Positions 47,491 through 57,793 of a stretch of 58,801 nucleotides of DNA are shown here, piece by piece. Position 1 is the first letter of the stretch, and each line of letters starts with the position of its first letter. Source of the stretch: Hyphococcus sp. Lineage in GTDB: Bacteria; Pseudomonadota; Alphaproteobacteria; Caulobacterales; Parvularculaceae. The notes under the pieces are model-generated. The model was not told where the DNA came from and did not search any database. It saw only the letters and a list, made by a program, of their open reading frames with translations. A program made the position numbers and the translations under genes. The stretch covers positions 1-58,801 of the forward strand of contig JAJFGC010000163.1 of assembly GCA_021776345.1 (NCBI GenBank), in the 5' to 3' direction.

Positions 47491-49404
47491 CTAGCCTCGC
47501 AGAGTCACGACAGCCGCGGTCATGCCGAGGGCTTCGCGGGCGCGCTCAACGATCTGAGCGGCGTTCAAACGCGCCACATCATACATTTTCGCCGGCGAAT
47601 CCTGATCCTGGAAGATATCAGGCAAGGTCATGGTCCGAATTTTAAGGCCCGAATCAAGCACGCCCTGATCGGACAGGTAATGCAGAACAAACGCGCCAAA
47701 ACCGCCACGTGAGCCCTCTTCCACTGTGATCAGAACTTCGTGGTTGCGCACCAGCTGCATGATCAACTCGTGATCGAGCGGTTTGGCGAAACGCGCATCG
47801 GCGACAGTCGTTGAAAGTCCTTGCGCCTCAAGCATATCAGCCGCTTTCAGCGTCTCGGCCAACCGCCCGCCATAAGCGAGGAGCGCAACTTTGGTTCCTT
47901 CCTTGACGATACGGCCCTTGCCGATCTCGAGGATTTTGCCGCGCTCCGGCAGATCAAGGCCGACGCCTTCGCCACGCGGATAACGGAACGCAATCGGGCC
48001 CTCGTCATAGGCGACTGCCGTCGATGTCATATGGACAAGCTCGGCTTCGTCGCCAGCGGCCATCAGCACCATGTTCGGCAGGCAGCCGAGATAGGCAATG
48101 TCAAAGGCGCCCGCATGGGTCTGGCCATCGGCGCCGACAAGACCGGCCCGGTCCATCGGGAACCGCACCGGCAAATTCTGAATGGCGACGTCATGGACGA
48201 CGCTGTCATAGGCGCGCTGCAGGAAGGTCGAGTAGATCGCCGCGAACGGCCGCATGCCGTCAGCAGCGAGACCAGCGGCAAAGGTAACGGCGTGTTGCTC
48301 AGCGATGCCGACGTCATAGCAACGGTCAGGGTAAACATCGGCAAACATATCAAGGGACGTGCCCGACGGCATCGCCGCCGTAATCCCGACAATCTTGTTG
48401 TCGGTTTCTGCTTCCTTGATCAGCGTCTTGGCAAAGACTTTTTGATAGGCAGGCGCATTTGGCGTGCCTTTCTTTTGTTTGCCGGAAACCACATCGAATT
48501 TCGCAACGCCGTGATATTTGTCCGCGGCTTCCTCCGCAAACGGATAACCGGCGCCCTTGCGCGTTACTACGTGAACCAGAACAGGACCGGTTTCCATGTC
48601 GCGGACATTTTCGAGAACCGGCACAAGCTGATCGAGATTGTGTCCGTCGATCGGGCCGACATAATAAAAACCAAGTTCTTCAAACAGTGTTCCGCCGGTG
48701 ACCATGCCGCGGCCATATTCTTCCGCCTTGGCGAGCTGTTTATAGATTGCGTTTGGCAGGCGCTTGGCCAGCTGTTTGCCGAACGAACGGAAGCCTTGAT
48801 AAACGCCGGATGATGTCGCCCGCGCCAGATAGGCGCTCATGGCGCCGACCGGCGGCGCGATCGACATATCGTTGTCGTTCAGGATGACGACCATCTTCGA
48901 GCCGAGGTGACCGGCATTGTTCAGGCCCTCATAAGCCATGCCGCCGGACATTGAGCCGTCGCCAATGACGGCGATTGATGTCGTTTCTTTGCCAAGATGG
49001 CGGGACGCTTCGGCAAAGCCGGTCGCCGCGGAAATCGATGTCGCCGCATGCGCCGCGCCAAACGGATCATATTCGCTTTCCGAACGCTTGGTGAAACCGG
49101 ATAGGCCGCCGCCCTGACGCAAGGTGCGGATGCGATCGCGCCGCCCGGTCAGAATTTTATGGGGATAGCACTGGTGACCGACATCAAAGACCAGGCGATC
49201 ATCCGGCGTGTTAAAGACATAGTGAATTGCCGTGGTCAGCTCGACGACGCCAAGGCCGGAACCGAGATGCCCACCGGTCACTGAAACCGCGTCGATCATC
49301 TCCGCACGGAGTTCATCAGCAAGCTGGCGCAGCTGGCTTTTTTCCAGCTTCCGCAAGTCAGCAGGATAGGTGACGGTGTCCAAGAGCGGCGTTTCAACGG
49401 CCAT
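47491..49404 (-). CDS. dxs: 1-deoxy-D-xylulose-5-phosphate synthase
   Basis: [67 protein letters not shown]. Confidence 0.98.
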   Translation of the reverse strand: MAVETPLLDTVTYPADLRKLEKSQLRQLADELRAEMIDAVSVTGGHLGSGLGVVELTTAIHYVFNTPDDRLVFDVGHQCYPHKILTGRRDRIRTLRQGGGLSGFTKRSESEYDPFGAAHAATSISAATGFAEASRHLGKETTSIAVIGDGSMSGGMAYEGLNNAGHLGSKMVVILNDNDMSIAPPVGAMSAYLARATSSGVYQGFRSFGKQLAKRLPNAIYKQLAKAEEYGRGMVTGGTLFEELGFYYVGPIDGHNLDQLVPVLENVRDMETGPVLVHVVTRKGAGYPFAEEAADKYHGVAKFDVVSGKQKKGTPNAPAYQKVFAKTLIKEAETDNKIVGITAAMPSGTSLDMFADVYPDRCYDVGIAEQHAVTFAAGLAADGMRPFAAIYSTFLQRAYDSVVHDVAIQNLPVRFPMDRAGLVGADGQTHAGAFDIAYLGCLPNMVLMAAGDEAELVHMTSTAVAYDEGPIAFRYPRGEGVGLDLPERGKILEIGKGRIVKEGTKVALLAYGGRLAETLKAADMLEAQGLSTTVADARFAKPLDHELIMQLVRNHEVLITVEEGSRGGFGAFVLHYLSDQGVLDSGLKIRTMTLPDIFQDQDSPAKMYDVARLNAAQIVERAREALGMTAAVVTLRG

Positions 49405-49698
49405 GGGAAATTCCCTTCGATACATTTTTATAGACCCGCATGCTGAAGCTTTCCCCAGCGCAACGGAGCCGCTTCTTCTAGCGACTTAACCGAATATCTC
49501 CACCCCTTTTTGGCTAAAAACGCGGCAAAGAAAGGGCCGAAGCCTTAATTTTGAAGCCGCTCAGTGAAAAGTCCCGCGCAGCGTGACGAAAATGCCGCGG
49601 CGCCGGAGCGTTGCCGCCAGTCAAACAAACCGGCGAATTGGGTCCAAAACGGCGCTTCCAGTCAATAAAACCTTACCAAAGTGTCAGTATGAAGCAGC

Positions 49699-50850
49699 AT
49701 GATGACGTTTCGCATACACGCAAATTTCTGCCGCTTGTTGCTCGGGCTGCTCTGCGCGGGAGGCCTTATTTTTTCTGCTGCGCCCGCCCTCGCCGAAAGC
49801 GGGCGCCACATTGCCGAATTCAACGCTTACAATAAGGCGCTGCAGGCTGGCGACGATGATGGCGCGGAACTTCATGCCTATGCCGCCTGGCGGGCTGCGG
49901 AAACAGAACTCGGCGACAATCAGCGCACCGCCATCCTCGCCTATAATTATGGCCGCCAGATCGCGCTTTCCAATCCGACCATGGCGCAAACGCCGCTGGA
50001 ACGAGCCGCGTCGCTCACGGCGGCCGGTTATGGCGGACCGCCGCCACAAATGCTCGATCTCTATATGACTTATGCAGCCTTTGCGACGAGCGCGGCGAAA
50101 CGCCGGGACCCGGAAAAACTGCGCGCGGCTCTTCTCGCTGCCCAGAACCAGCCAAGTAAACGCGCCCTCGACGACATCGTTATCTGGCTGGACCTGGCAA
50201 AAGCCGATCTCGAACGCGAACGCTTTGACGACGCCGCGGCGGCCGCCAGCAAGGCGGAAGCGGCGATTATCGTTTTCGACCCGGACAATACGGCCAGCCT
50301 TGCCGAAGCGTTTTTGGTGCGCGGCGTCGCCTCTATCCGCAAAAAGAAACCGACGCTTGGCGATGCAAAGACCGCCCGCGACTATTTCGAAAATGGGCGC
50401 CAGCTCTTTGCCCCGCAAAAAAGTTTTGACACGTTCAACCCGACGCTCGCCACACTTGTTGCGTGGAATGCCGCCGCAAACGCCGTCATTATGAGCATGA
50501 GTGACATTGAGCCGGCAGCGGACATTCGCCGCATCGACGACACGCCGCTGTTTGAAAGTGCGATCAACAAGCCTGCCGATTGCGGTGTTGAATGGGCCGT
50601 GCGAAAGGCGCCAGACTACCCGCCCGGCGCCGCACGTGAGGCGCATATCGGCGCCGTGGTCGCAGTCTTTGATCTTGCCGGCGACACCGCCGTTCACAAT
50701 CCGCGCATCTTGTCCGAGGCGCCATCGGACACGTTCAGCGCCGCCGCCCTCAAGGCGATGAAGTCATGGCGGTTAAAAGCACCTGCGCTTGACCATCCAG
50801 GCTGCCGCAAAAATATGACGACGCAATTTTCTTTCGTCATCGACGGGTAG
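49699..50850 (+). CDS. Exported helical-repeat (TPR-like) protein with C-terminal TonB_C domain, paralogue 1
   Basis: Cleavable signal PALA/E; AILAYNYG; C-terminal RKAPDYP..GAVVAVFDL..NPRILSE..F..AALKAMKSWR. Confidence 0.75.
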   Translation: MMTFRIHANFCRLLLGLLCAGGLIFSAAPALAESGRHIAEFNAYNKALQAGDDDGAELHAYAAWRAAETELGDNQRTAILAYNYGRQIALSNPTMAQTPLERAASLTAAGYGGPPPQMLDLYMTYAAFATSAAKRRDPEKLRAALLAAQNQPSKRALDDIVIWLDLAKADLERERFDDAAAAASKAEAAIIVFDPDNTASLAEAFLVRGVASIRKKKPTLGDAKTARDYFENGRQLFAPQKSFDTFNPTLATLVAWNAAANAVIMSMSDIEPAADIRRIDDTPLFESAINKPADCGVEWAVRKAPDYPPGAAREAHIGAVVAVFDLAGDTAVHNPRILSEAPSDTFSAAALKAMKSWRLKAPALDHPGCRKNMTTQFSFVIDG

Positions 50851-51030
50851 GCGCGCAAAAATCTCCGCGCCCCGGTCCGCCTCACTCACTTTGAACGCCT
50901 AGCCTGCGCGAACACGCGTGATGATTGCTGCGGCAAACATTGTCGCGCCAAGTCTTGACAGATGCGCCTAAATATTTCGCAATGAAGCAAGACGGGAACA
51001 GCAGACAAGACAAAACATTCGGGGGCGCGA

Positions 51031-52191
51031 ATGATTGCTGATAAAGCAAATGCCGCAGTGCGGGCATTAGTACTGCTTATGGTCGTTTTTTGGGTCGGGG
51101 GCGAAGCGCTGGCCGACGACAAAACCTATATGGCCGAATATCAACTCTACAGCCAGGCGCTGCAGGACGGCGATGTCGCGACGGCGGAAAAACACGGTCT
51201 CGCCGCCTGGTCCGCCGCCGAAGACGAACTCGGCGATCACGAACTGACCGCGGTCTTGGCTTATAATTACGGCCAGCTGGTTTTGTTCACGAATACTGAA
51301 AATGCAGTGAAGGCTTTGCGGCGGGCTAATACTTTACAGAACAGAGGTCATGGATCATTACCCGCCGAAGAGTTGCAGCTTTATCTTGCGTATTCGCAAT
51401 TCTCAACGAGCCAAGGCAAACGCCGCGATGCCAATGAACTGCGCAAGGCGCTGAACGAAATAGAAGCCGTTCAGCCTGAGCCAAATTCAGATCGCGTTGC
51501 TATGTGGTTGTTGCTGGCGTGGAGTGATCTCCACAATGACAGATTTCGGCACGCGCAGGAGAGTGCTGATAAAGCGAAAAATGCAATTGAAGCGGTGATG
51601 CCAAATGATACGGAGTCGATGGCGCAAGCATTACTGGTCGGCGGTGTGGCGCAGCTGGTTCGCCTCCCCCGCAAGGTGCAGGATGTTGTCGACGCCCATG
51701 AAAAATTTGCCGACATAATGGATCTTTATCCGCCTCAAAAAGACGTTGAAACCTTTGAAAAAAGATTCGCGCAGGCAATAGCCTGGAATGCGGCGGCGGA
51801 TGCAGCCTATTTGTCACTGCCTGAAGCCGAACAACGGAGAGTGGCACTTCATGATACAGACGGCGATGGCAAAGACGATGACTCTCACTATTTTGAATCG
51901 GCGAAAGGCCGACCAGTGGATTGTGGTAGTGAGTGGCTGGAAAGAGACTCGCCGGATTATCCGAGACTGAGTGAAATTCGAGGCTATATCGGCGCCGCTA
52001 TAATTGTGTTTGATCTCGATGAAGGTCTTACTGTCAAAAATCCTCGAATACTCGCGGAAGTCCCGCAGGCGACATTTGGCGACATTTCTTTAAAAAGCAT
52101 GGATTCTTGGCGCTTGAAAAACCCACCAGTCGATCATCCGGGATGCCGGAAAAACCTGCTGACACAGTTTACTTTTATCATAGAAAACTGA
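51031..52191 (+). CDS. Exported helical-repeat (TPR-like) protein with C-terminal TonB_C domain, paralogue 2
   Basis: Signal EALA/D; AVLAYNYG; RDSPDYP..GAAIIVFDL..NPRILAE..SMDSWR..HPGCRKN; collinear with paralogue 1. Confidence 0.75.
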   Translation: MIADKANAAVRALVLLMVVFWVGGEALADDKTYMAEYQLYSQALQDGDVATAEKHGLAAWSAAEDELGDHELTAVLAYNYGQLVLFTNTENAVKALRRANTLQNRGHGSLPAEELQLYLAYSQFSTSQGKRRDANELRKALNEIEAVQPEPNSDRVAMWLLLAWSDLHNDRFRHAQESADKAKNAIEAVMPNDTESMAQALLVGGVAQLVRLPRKVQDVVDAHEKFADIMDLYPPQKDVETFEKRFAQAIAWNAAADAAYLSLPEAEQRRVALHDTDGDGKDDDSHYFESAKGRPVDCGSEWLERDSPDYPRLSEIRGYIGAAIIVFDLDEGLTVKNPRILAEVPQATFGDISLKSMDSWRLKNPPVDHPGCRKNLLTQFTFIIEN

Positions 52192-52203
52192 TCTCTTAGC
52201 CAA

Positions 52204-53028
52204 ATGAACAATTTTTTCACAAACAAGCTCTGCGTCATCACCGGCGCAGGCTCTGGCATTGGGCGGGCATTAGCGCTTAACCTTGCCGCTCAGGGCGCCA
52301 GCCTCGCGCTTTCGGACATTGACGATGCTGGCCTTGAAGAAACCAAAAGGCTGATCGGCGACCCGCCGTCCAACCGCATGCGGTTCGACACGCTCGATGT
52401 CGCCGATGCGGACGCCATCGAAGCTTATGCGAAGTCTGTCAAAGAAAGCCGCGGCGCCGCTGATTATCTTTTCAATGTCGCCGGCCTCACTCGCGTCGGC
52501 ACATTCGAGGCAACGCCGCTCTCCTCCTTTGAAAAAATTATGGATGTCAATTTCTGGGGCGTTGTCCGGATGACCAAGGCGTTTCTGGGCCAGCTCACCG
52601 AGACCAGGGGCGGCGTTGTCAATATCTCCAGCCTCTTTGGTTTGATCGGTTACGCCAATCAGTCGCATTACTGCGCATCAAAATTTGCCGTGCGCGGATT
52701 TAATGAAACCATTGCCCAGGAGCTGGAAGAACAAGGCGTATCGGTAACGTCAGTGCACCCGGGCGGCGTTGCGACAAATATTGCACGCAATGCGAAAGTC
52801 GACGCCCTGCCTGAGGGCGCCGGCAACAGGGAAGACTTTGAACAACGCTTCGACAAAGCGGCGATCACGAGTTCGGAAAAAGCCGCCGAGATCATTTTGA
52901 ACGGTACGGCAAAAGGAAAGAGGCGTGTCATTGTCGGCCGCGACGCCAAACTTATCTCGGCGTTGCAACGGCTCTTTCCGCAAAGCTATCCGAAAGTTCT
53001 CGAAAAGCTGCTGCCGAAAATCAGTTAA
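52204..53028 (+). CDS. SDR family oxidoreductase
   Basis: ITGAGSGIG, NISS, YCASK, VHPGG. Confidence 0.93.
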   Translation: MNNFFTNKLCVITGAGSGIGRALALNLAAQGASLALSDIDDAGLEETKRLIGDPPSNRMRFDTLDVADADAIEAYAKSVKESRGAADYLFNVAGLTRVGTFEATPLSSFEKIMDVNFWGVVRMTKAFLGQLTETRGGVVNISSLFGLIGYANQSHYCASKFAVRGFNETIAQELEEQGVSVTSVHPGGVATNIARNAKVDALPEGAGNREDFEQRFDKAAITSSEKAAEIILNGTAKGKRRVIVGRDAKLISALQRLFPQSYPKVLEKLLPKIS

Positions 53029-53270
53029 TCGAAGCTCGCAGCTTCTGTCTTCGGCTTGCCATCGGCGCCAACAACGATCTTCTCGATTTTTTCCTGCGCT
53101 GATTTGAGCTTTGTCTCGCAATGGGCTTTCAACGCCGCGCCGCGTTCATAAAGCGCAATCGACGCCTCGAGCTCCGCCTCGCCGCTTTCAAGCTTGCGGA
53201 CAATGTCCTCTAGTTCGCCAAGGGCTTTTTCAAAGGAGAGTTTTTCAATGTCGTCAGGTTTTTTCGCCAT
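53025..53270 (-). CDS. xseB: Exodeoxyribonuclease VII small subunit
   Basis: LSFEKALGELEDIVRKLESG..LEASIALYERG..HCE.KL..AQEKI. Confidence 0.95.
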   Translation of the reverse strand: MAKKPDDIEKLSFEKALGELEDIVRKLESGEAELEASIALYERGAALKAHCETKLKSAQEKIEKIVVGADGKPKTEAASFD

Positions 53271-53328
53271 GGTTGGTTTTTGCTTGAGGCCGGTCCGTTT
53301 TGCAAGTCAGTGATTGACGAACCAGCCC

Positions 53329-53901
53329 CTAAATGCCCGCAACCGCTTGCCTGACAGCCGCGCGCAAGACGGCCTCGTCCATCCCGGCGCGAACCAACAC
53401 ACGCAGGCCAAAATAAGACGCAAGCAGCAGCGCCGCCTTTTGTTTTCGCACAGCGCTTTTCGACTTATACGGTTCCGACGCTGCGAGCGCGCCATCAAAG
53501 GCGTCGCGGACAGCCTTCATCAGGCGGGCGACGCTCACGCGGGTGTCATCATTAACGGGCGCCTGATCGATGCTGGCGTTACACAAAAAACACCCGCGCC
53601 GGTCGCCGTCTTTCACCGCGCTGTCAACAACATGGGTAAAGAGACGTTCAAAGCGCGCCTTCGCTGATCCGTCGCCGGCCAAAAGCGCGGCGGCTTCGGC
53701 GGCTTCATGGGCGCCGTAATGATCGAGCGCTTTCAGATACATGCCGCGCTTGTCGCCATAGAGCCGATAAAGGCTTTGTTTTTTCAGGCCCGTCGCCGCC
53801 TCAATATCCTGCATGGACGTCGCATCGAACCCACGGCGCCAAAAGGCGTCCTTGATTTGCGCCAGCGCAGTGTCGGGTTCAAACCCTCTCGGTCTCGCCA
53901 T
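53329..53901 (-). CDS. TetR/AcrR family regulator (NemR/ComR-like)
   Basis: MARPRGF..FWRRGFDATSMQDIEAATGLKKQSLY..GCFLCN. Confidence 0.9.
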   Translation of the reverse strand: MARPRGFEPDTALAQIKDAFWRRGFDATSMQDIEAATGLKKQSLYRLYGDKRGMYLKALDHYGAHEAAEAAALLAGDGSAKARFERLFTHVVDSAVKDGDRRGCFLCNASIDQAPVNDDTRVSVARLMKAVRDAFDGALAASEPYKSKSAVRKQKAALLLASYFGLRVLVRAGMDEAVLRAAVRQAVAGI

Positions 53902-54011
53902 TATTCTGTCTCGCGGCGGTTCGCCCCGCTCACGCCTCCGATGGGGCGGCCATTTCGATTTTCAGCCTGATGCCCTCACATATTTGTTACCGATTCGTCC
54001 AAAATTCATAG

Positions 54012-54030
54012 TTGACGGACCAGTCCGTAA
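54012..54030. promoter_or_regulatory. Putative TetR operator overlapping a -35 element
   Basis: TTG-ACGGAC-CA-GTCCGT-AA palindrome beginning with TTGACG, between divergent tetR and ahpD-like genes. Confidence 0.65.
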
Positions 54031-54214
54031 CTATATATGAACACCATCATCGCAGTCAAGAAGGCGGTCAACACACCCTCGAGGCAGTAAGCGCAAAAAC
54101 AACGCCCCCACTTCGAGCACCGCTAACGGTGAAAAAACGAAAACGAAAGAATTTGAAAGAATGGCGGGTCATCTGCCGCGTAGAATGCCGAGAGGCCAGA
54201 AAGGAAAAGAAGAA

Positions 54215-54757
54215 ATGTCCAGACTAACGAAAATTACCGATGAGAATGCCAGCCCTGCCGCCGCCGAACTTTTCGGCGCGATCAAGTCGAAAGTCGGCAT
54301 GGTGCCAAACGTTTACCGCGTCATCGCCAACCAACCAGCAGCGCTGAAAGGCCTTCTTGGTCTTGGTGAAGACCTTGGCCAAGGCAGCTTTGACGCTGCG
54401 ACCCGTGACGCGATTGCGCTTGCGGTCGCCGGGGAAAACAACTGTGACTATTGTGCTTCTGCACATACAGCGATTTCGAAAGGCCTTAAAGTCGACCAAA
54501 ACGAAATCACTGCACGCCTCAACGGCAAATCTTCTGACGAACGCCTGCAGGCGATCCTCACTTTCGCCGTCGCGGTTGTCGATAAGAAGGGCTTTGTCAG
54601 CGACGAAGACCTCGCCCTTGCCCGCAATGCCGGTCTAGATGACGCTGCGATTGTTGAGACGATCGCCAATGTGGTTGCAAATATCTTCACCAACTACATC
54701 AACCACACCGCGCAAACGGAAATTGATTTCCCTGCCGTCAGCGCGAAAGCTGCTTAA
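54215..54757 (+). CDS. Carboxymuconolactone decarboxylase/AhpD family peroxidase-related protein
   Basis: GMVPNVYR, NNCDYCASAH, NIFTNYINH..EIDFP; ATG 54215 after a purine-rich RBS. Confidence 0.9.
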   Translation: MSRLTKITDENASPAAAELFGAIKSKVGMVPNVYRVIANQPAALKGLLGLGEDLGQGSFDAATRDAIALAVAGENNCDYCASAHTAISKGLKVDQNEITARLNGKSSDERLQAILTFAVAVVDKKGFVSDEDLALARNAGLDDAAIVETIANVVANIFTNYINHTAQTEIDFPAVSAKAA

Positions 54758-54837
54758 TTCGCAGGAAAAAGACAAGGCGGCGGCGCGGGCCCGCCGCGTT
54801 AAAAATAATAATCCGCTCAACCGATGATGAGCAACCT

Positions 54838-54863
54838 GGCCGGGCCATGCGCCCGGCCTTTTT
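54838..54863 (+). terminator. Intrinsic terminator
   Basis: GGCCGGGC-CATGC-GCCCGGCC-TTTTT. Confidence 0.8.
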
Positions 54864-54960
54864 ATTGGTGTTGGTGATGAGTTTCATTATTGGCGGGCGC
54901 CAAAAGCGAAAACTGCAAAGACAGGTTTTCAATTCGACGTTTCTCAGCTGCAATTCATGT

Positions 54961-55890
54961 TTACTGCTTCAATCGGAAAAAGCGCTCCGCGTTCTCATGC
55001 AGTATCGCGTTGCGCTGTGGTTGCGAAAGCCAATCGATTGAGCTTAGTCTTTCCAAAATCAGCGTCACTGACACATTGTCGGAGCCAAACATGATCCGAT
55101 CACCATAGCCCGCTTCGATAAGCGTACGCAGGCTCTCTTCATATTGTGCGATGGGTCGCGGGCCGTTCGTGATCGACAAATCCAGATAGACCTGAGGGTA
55201 GTCGCGAAGCAGCGCCAACGTTTCATCCCAGAATGGCTCATACCCTCCTGCCCGTCCGGCTCCCACATGCTGTATCCAAATACGAAGGCCAGGATATCGG
55301 TCGAGCACGGGGCGTAAAAGGGCCGGGTTGCCCATCTCCGGATCATAATCAGGACAACAGGATGGATCACCGCGTGTAGAATTGCGCGCACCGGGCGGCG
55401 GCCCGCGTTGCGTATGAACGCCGACCGGTAGATCGAATTCAGCAGCCAGCGCGAAATAGGGGTCAAGACGCGGATTGCTTGGTGAGATACCGTAATAGTT
55501 GGGACCGAGTTCATATATTGCCTCGATTTTCCCGGCTTCGACCATTTTGCGCAACCAGGTTAAATCAACCCAACCTTCGCTCGACGGAAAACATTTGTAG
55601 CGCGGCTCGGACAGGTTTCTTGGGCAAGCGAGCATAACGCCAGCAAGAAAGAATTCTGGCGAGGCGTCTTTCCAACTTTCAATGTGGTCATAATCAGTGA
55701 GCGAAATTACAGCCAGCCTGACACCGTTCGCTTTCATCTCAGCCAACGTCTTGGTGCGATAATTTTCGTCATCTCCATCAGGCCAAGTACCGTGGCGATG
55801 GACATCGATGATGGTTGGCGTTTCCTGAGCCAACACGCGATCATCCAAAGCTGCGCTTGCTAAGATCAACAACACGACGGAAACTCGCAT
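54961..55890 (-). CDS. Amidohydrolase family 2 protein, probably exported
   Basis: IIDVHRH, LPVGVHT, IQHVG, YLDLS, RIMFGSD, ILHENAERF; start uncertain. Confidence 0.82.
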   Translation of the reverse strand: MRVSVVLLILASAALDDRVLAQETPTIIDVHRHGTWPDGDDENYRTKTLAEMKANGVRLAVISLTDYDHIESWKDASPEFFLAGVMLACPRNLSEPRYKCFPSSEGWVDLTWLRKMVEAGKIEAIYELGPNYYGISPSNPRLDPYFALAAEFDLPVGVHTQRGPPPGARNSTRGDPSCCPDYDPEMGNPALLRPVLDRYPGLRIWIQHVGAGRAGGYEPFWDETLALLRDYPQVYLDLSITNGPRPIAQYEESLRTLIEAGYGDRIMFGSDNVSVTLILERLSSIDWLSQPQRNAILHENAERFFRLKQ

Positions 55891-56301
55891 CAAACCAGCG
55901 ACAAAGGCCCTGGCTTTTTTTCTGGTAAGCATGCCCGCAAACGCAGAATTTTGCGCTTCCGCCGCCCGACTCCAGCCCCTTGCATATTCAATAAAGCGCG
56001 GCAGTAGCATAAATGCATTCCTCAATTAGGGACCCACATCATAAATCGCGAATGTCCGAATCCGGCTATTTTCTTACAGGGCGAAAGGGCAGCGTTAGTA
56101 TCTTCTCAGGCACACCGTATTTCGCTCTGCAATGCTGGTCAAACACACGACCAGTTGAACTCGTCACTTCGCCTTACCCGCTGTAAAATTCCTTGAACCA
56201 TTTTCAAATATAGTCGTCGATGGACCGCGCAGCAGATACTAATTGCCGGTAGCGCCATCGAGCGCCATTGACCCGGGACCGGAACTCAATAGACCCACGC
56301 C

Positions 56302-57480
56302 ATGACCAAGGTTGATGTAGCGATAATCGGCGCGGGCGCCGCTGGCATGATGTGCGCAATTGAAGCGGGCCGTCGCGGGCGGCGTGTCATGTTGATTGAA
56401 CATGCGGAAAAACCCGGCGAAAAAATCCGGATCTCTGGCGGCGGGCGCTGCAACTTCACCAATATTAATGCGGGCGCCGGCAATTTCATTTCCGCCAACC
56501 CGCATTTTTGCAAGTCTGCGCTCAAGCGCTACACGCCTGCCGATTTTATCGCCAAGGTTGACGCCCACGGCATCGCCCATCACGAAAAAACTCTCGGCCA
56601 GCTGTTTTGTGATCAATCGTCAAAACAGATCATTGAGATGCTAGTTGGCGAATGCCGCGACGCGGGCGTTGATCTGCGCCTTTCAACTGACGTTGCAGCC
56701 ATTGAAAAGGCGACGGACGGTTTTCAGTTGCGGTTAGGCGGCGCCATCATCGAATGCGCTTGCCTCGTCATCGCGACTGGCGGCAAGTCGATCCCAAAAA
56801 TGGGCGCGACGGATTTTGCTTATCGCGTCGCTGCCCAATTTGGATTGACCGTTTTGGAAACGCGGCCGGCGCTCGTGCCTCTCACCTTCGCCACGGATTT
56901 ACTCGAAGACACCAAAGCGCTCTCCGGCCTGAGCACCGAGGCGGAAGTGCGATGCAATGGCGCTGCATTTCGCGAGGCGCTGCTATTTACCCATCGCGGC
57001 GTCTCGGGGCCAAGTATCTTGCAGATTTCTTCCTTTTGGCGCGAAGGCGACGAGATCGAGATCAATCTGGCGCCCGGCATCGATGTCGCCGCCCGCCTGG
57101 CGGAGGCGCGGCAAAACCATGGTAAAATTGCACCGCATACGGCATTATCCGGGTTCATGCCCAAACGCCTTGCCGATGCCAGCGCCGCGCGCGCGCAAGC
57201 GACGGGAAAGATCGGTGAATATTCGACCAAGCGCATTGAGGCGCTCGCTGCAGCAGTAGAAAAATGGCGCTTGAAACCGGTCGGATCAGAAGGCTATCGC
57301 ACCGCAGAAGTGACGCTAGGCGGCATCGACACGGATGGCCTCTCGTCGAAAACAATGGAAGCGAAAACCCAGCCCGGGCTATATTTCATTGGCGAGGCCG
57401 TCGACGTCACCGGTTGGCTCGGCGGCTATAATTTCCAATGGGCATGGTCGAGCGGCTGGGCCGCGGGACAGGTTTCATAA
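56302..57480 (+). CDS. HI0933/BaiN family flavoprotein
   Basis: IIGAGAAG, KIRISGGGRCNFTN, ATGGKSIP, LFTHRGVSGP, GGYNFQWAWSSG. Confidence 0.95.
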   Translation: MTKVDVAIIGAGAAGMMCAIEAGRRGRRVMLIEHAEKPGEKIRISGGGRCNFTNINAGAGNFISANPHFCKSALKRYTPADFIAKVDAHGIAHHEKTLGQLFCDQSSKQIIEMLVGECRDAGVDLRLSTDVAAIEKATDGFQLRLGGAIIECACLVIATGGKSIPKMGATDFAYRVAAQFGLTVLETRPALVPLTFATDLLEDTKALSGLSTEAEVRCNGAAFREALLFTHRGVSGPSILQISSFWREGDEIEINLAPGIDVAARLAEARQNHGKIAPHTALSGFMPKRLADASAARAQATGKIGEYSTKRIEALAAAVEKWRLKPVGSEGYRTAEVTLGGIDTDGLSSKTMEAKTQPGLYFIGEAVDVTGWLGGYNFQWAWSSGWAAGQVS

Positions 57481-57793
57481 AGGAAATTGACCAGCCCCAT
57501 CGCAAAATTTCGCCTTTACTGATTGCGCATCGGGTGCATTCTGCGCCGACTACCCATTATCCAGGCCCGATTAATTCACCAGCGCCTTCGGCGGCCTTTA
57601 TATCGAGAACTGCGCATCGTGAATATTGATCACGAGGCGGCTGGAGTTAGAGATCAAGCACCGAATTTGACGAGCTAGGAAAGATACTTACACCGTCAAC
57701 GGAACATTAACCGTGCTACAAATTTTCCTTCTTTCACAAGCCTTAAGAATAACAGTGTTATCAAACTCTGATTAGAAGGATTGGATTGCGCCC

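Noticed and set aside
47821-48813. 330-aa plus-strand ORF
   Set aside because: Antisense to dxs; shadow ORF.
49684-50697. 337-aa minus-strand ORF as a possible ispA
   Set aside because: No DDxxD prenyltransferase motifs; it is the antisense of TonB_C paralogue 1.
53905-53975. GC-rich stem-like sequence upstream of tetR as another repeat element
   Set aside because: Pairing is weak and I found no second copy in the window.
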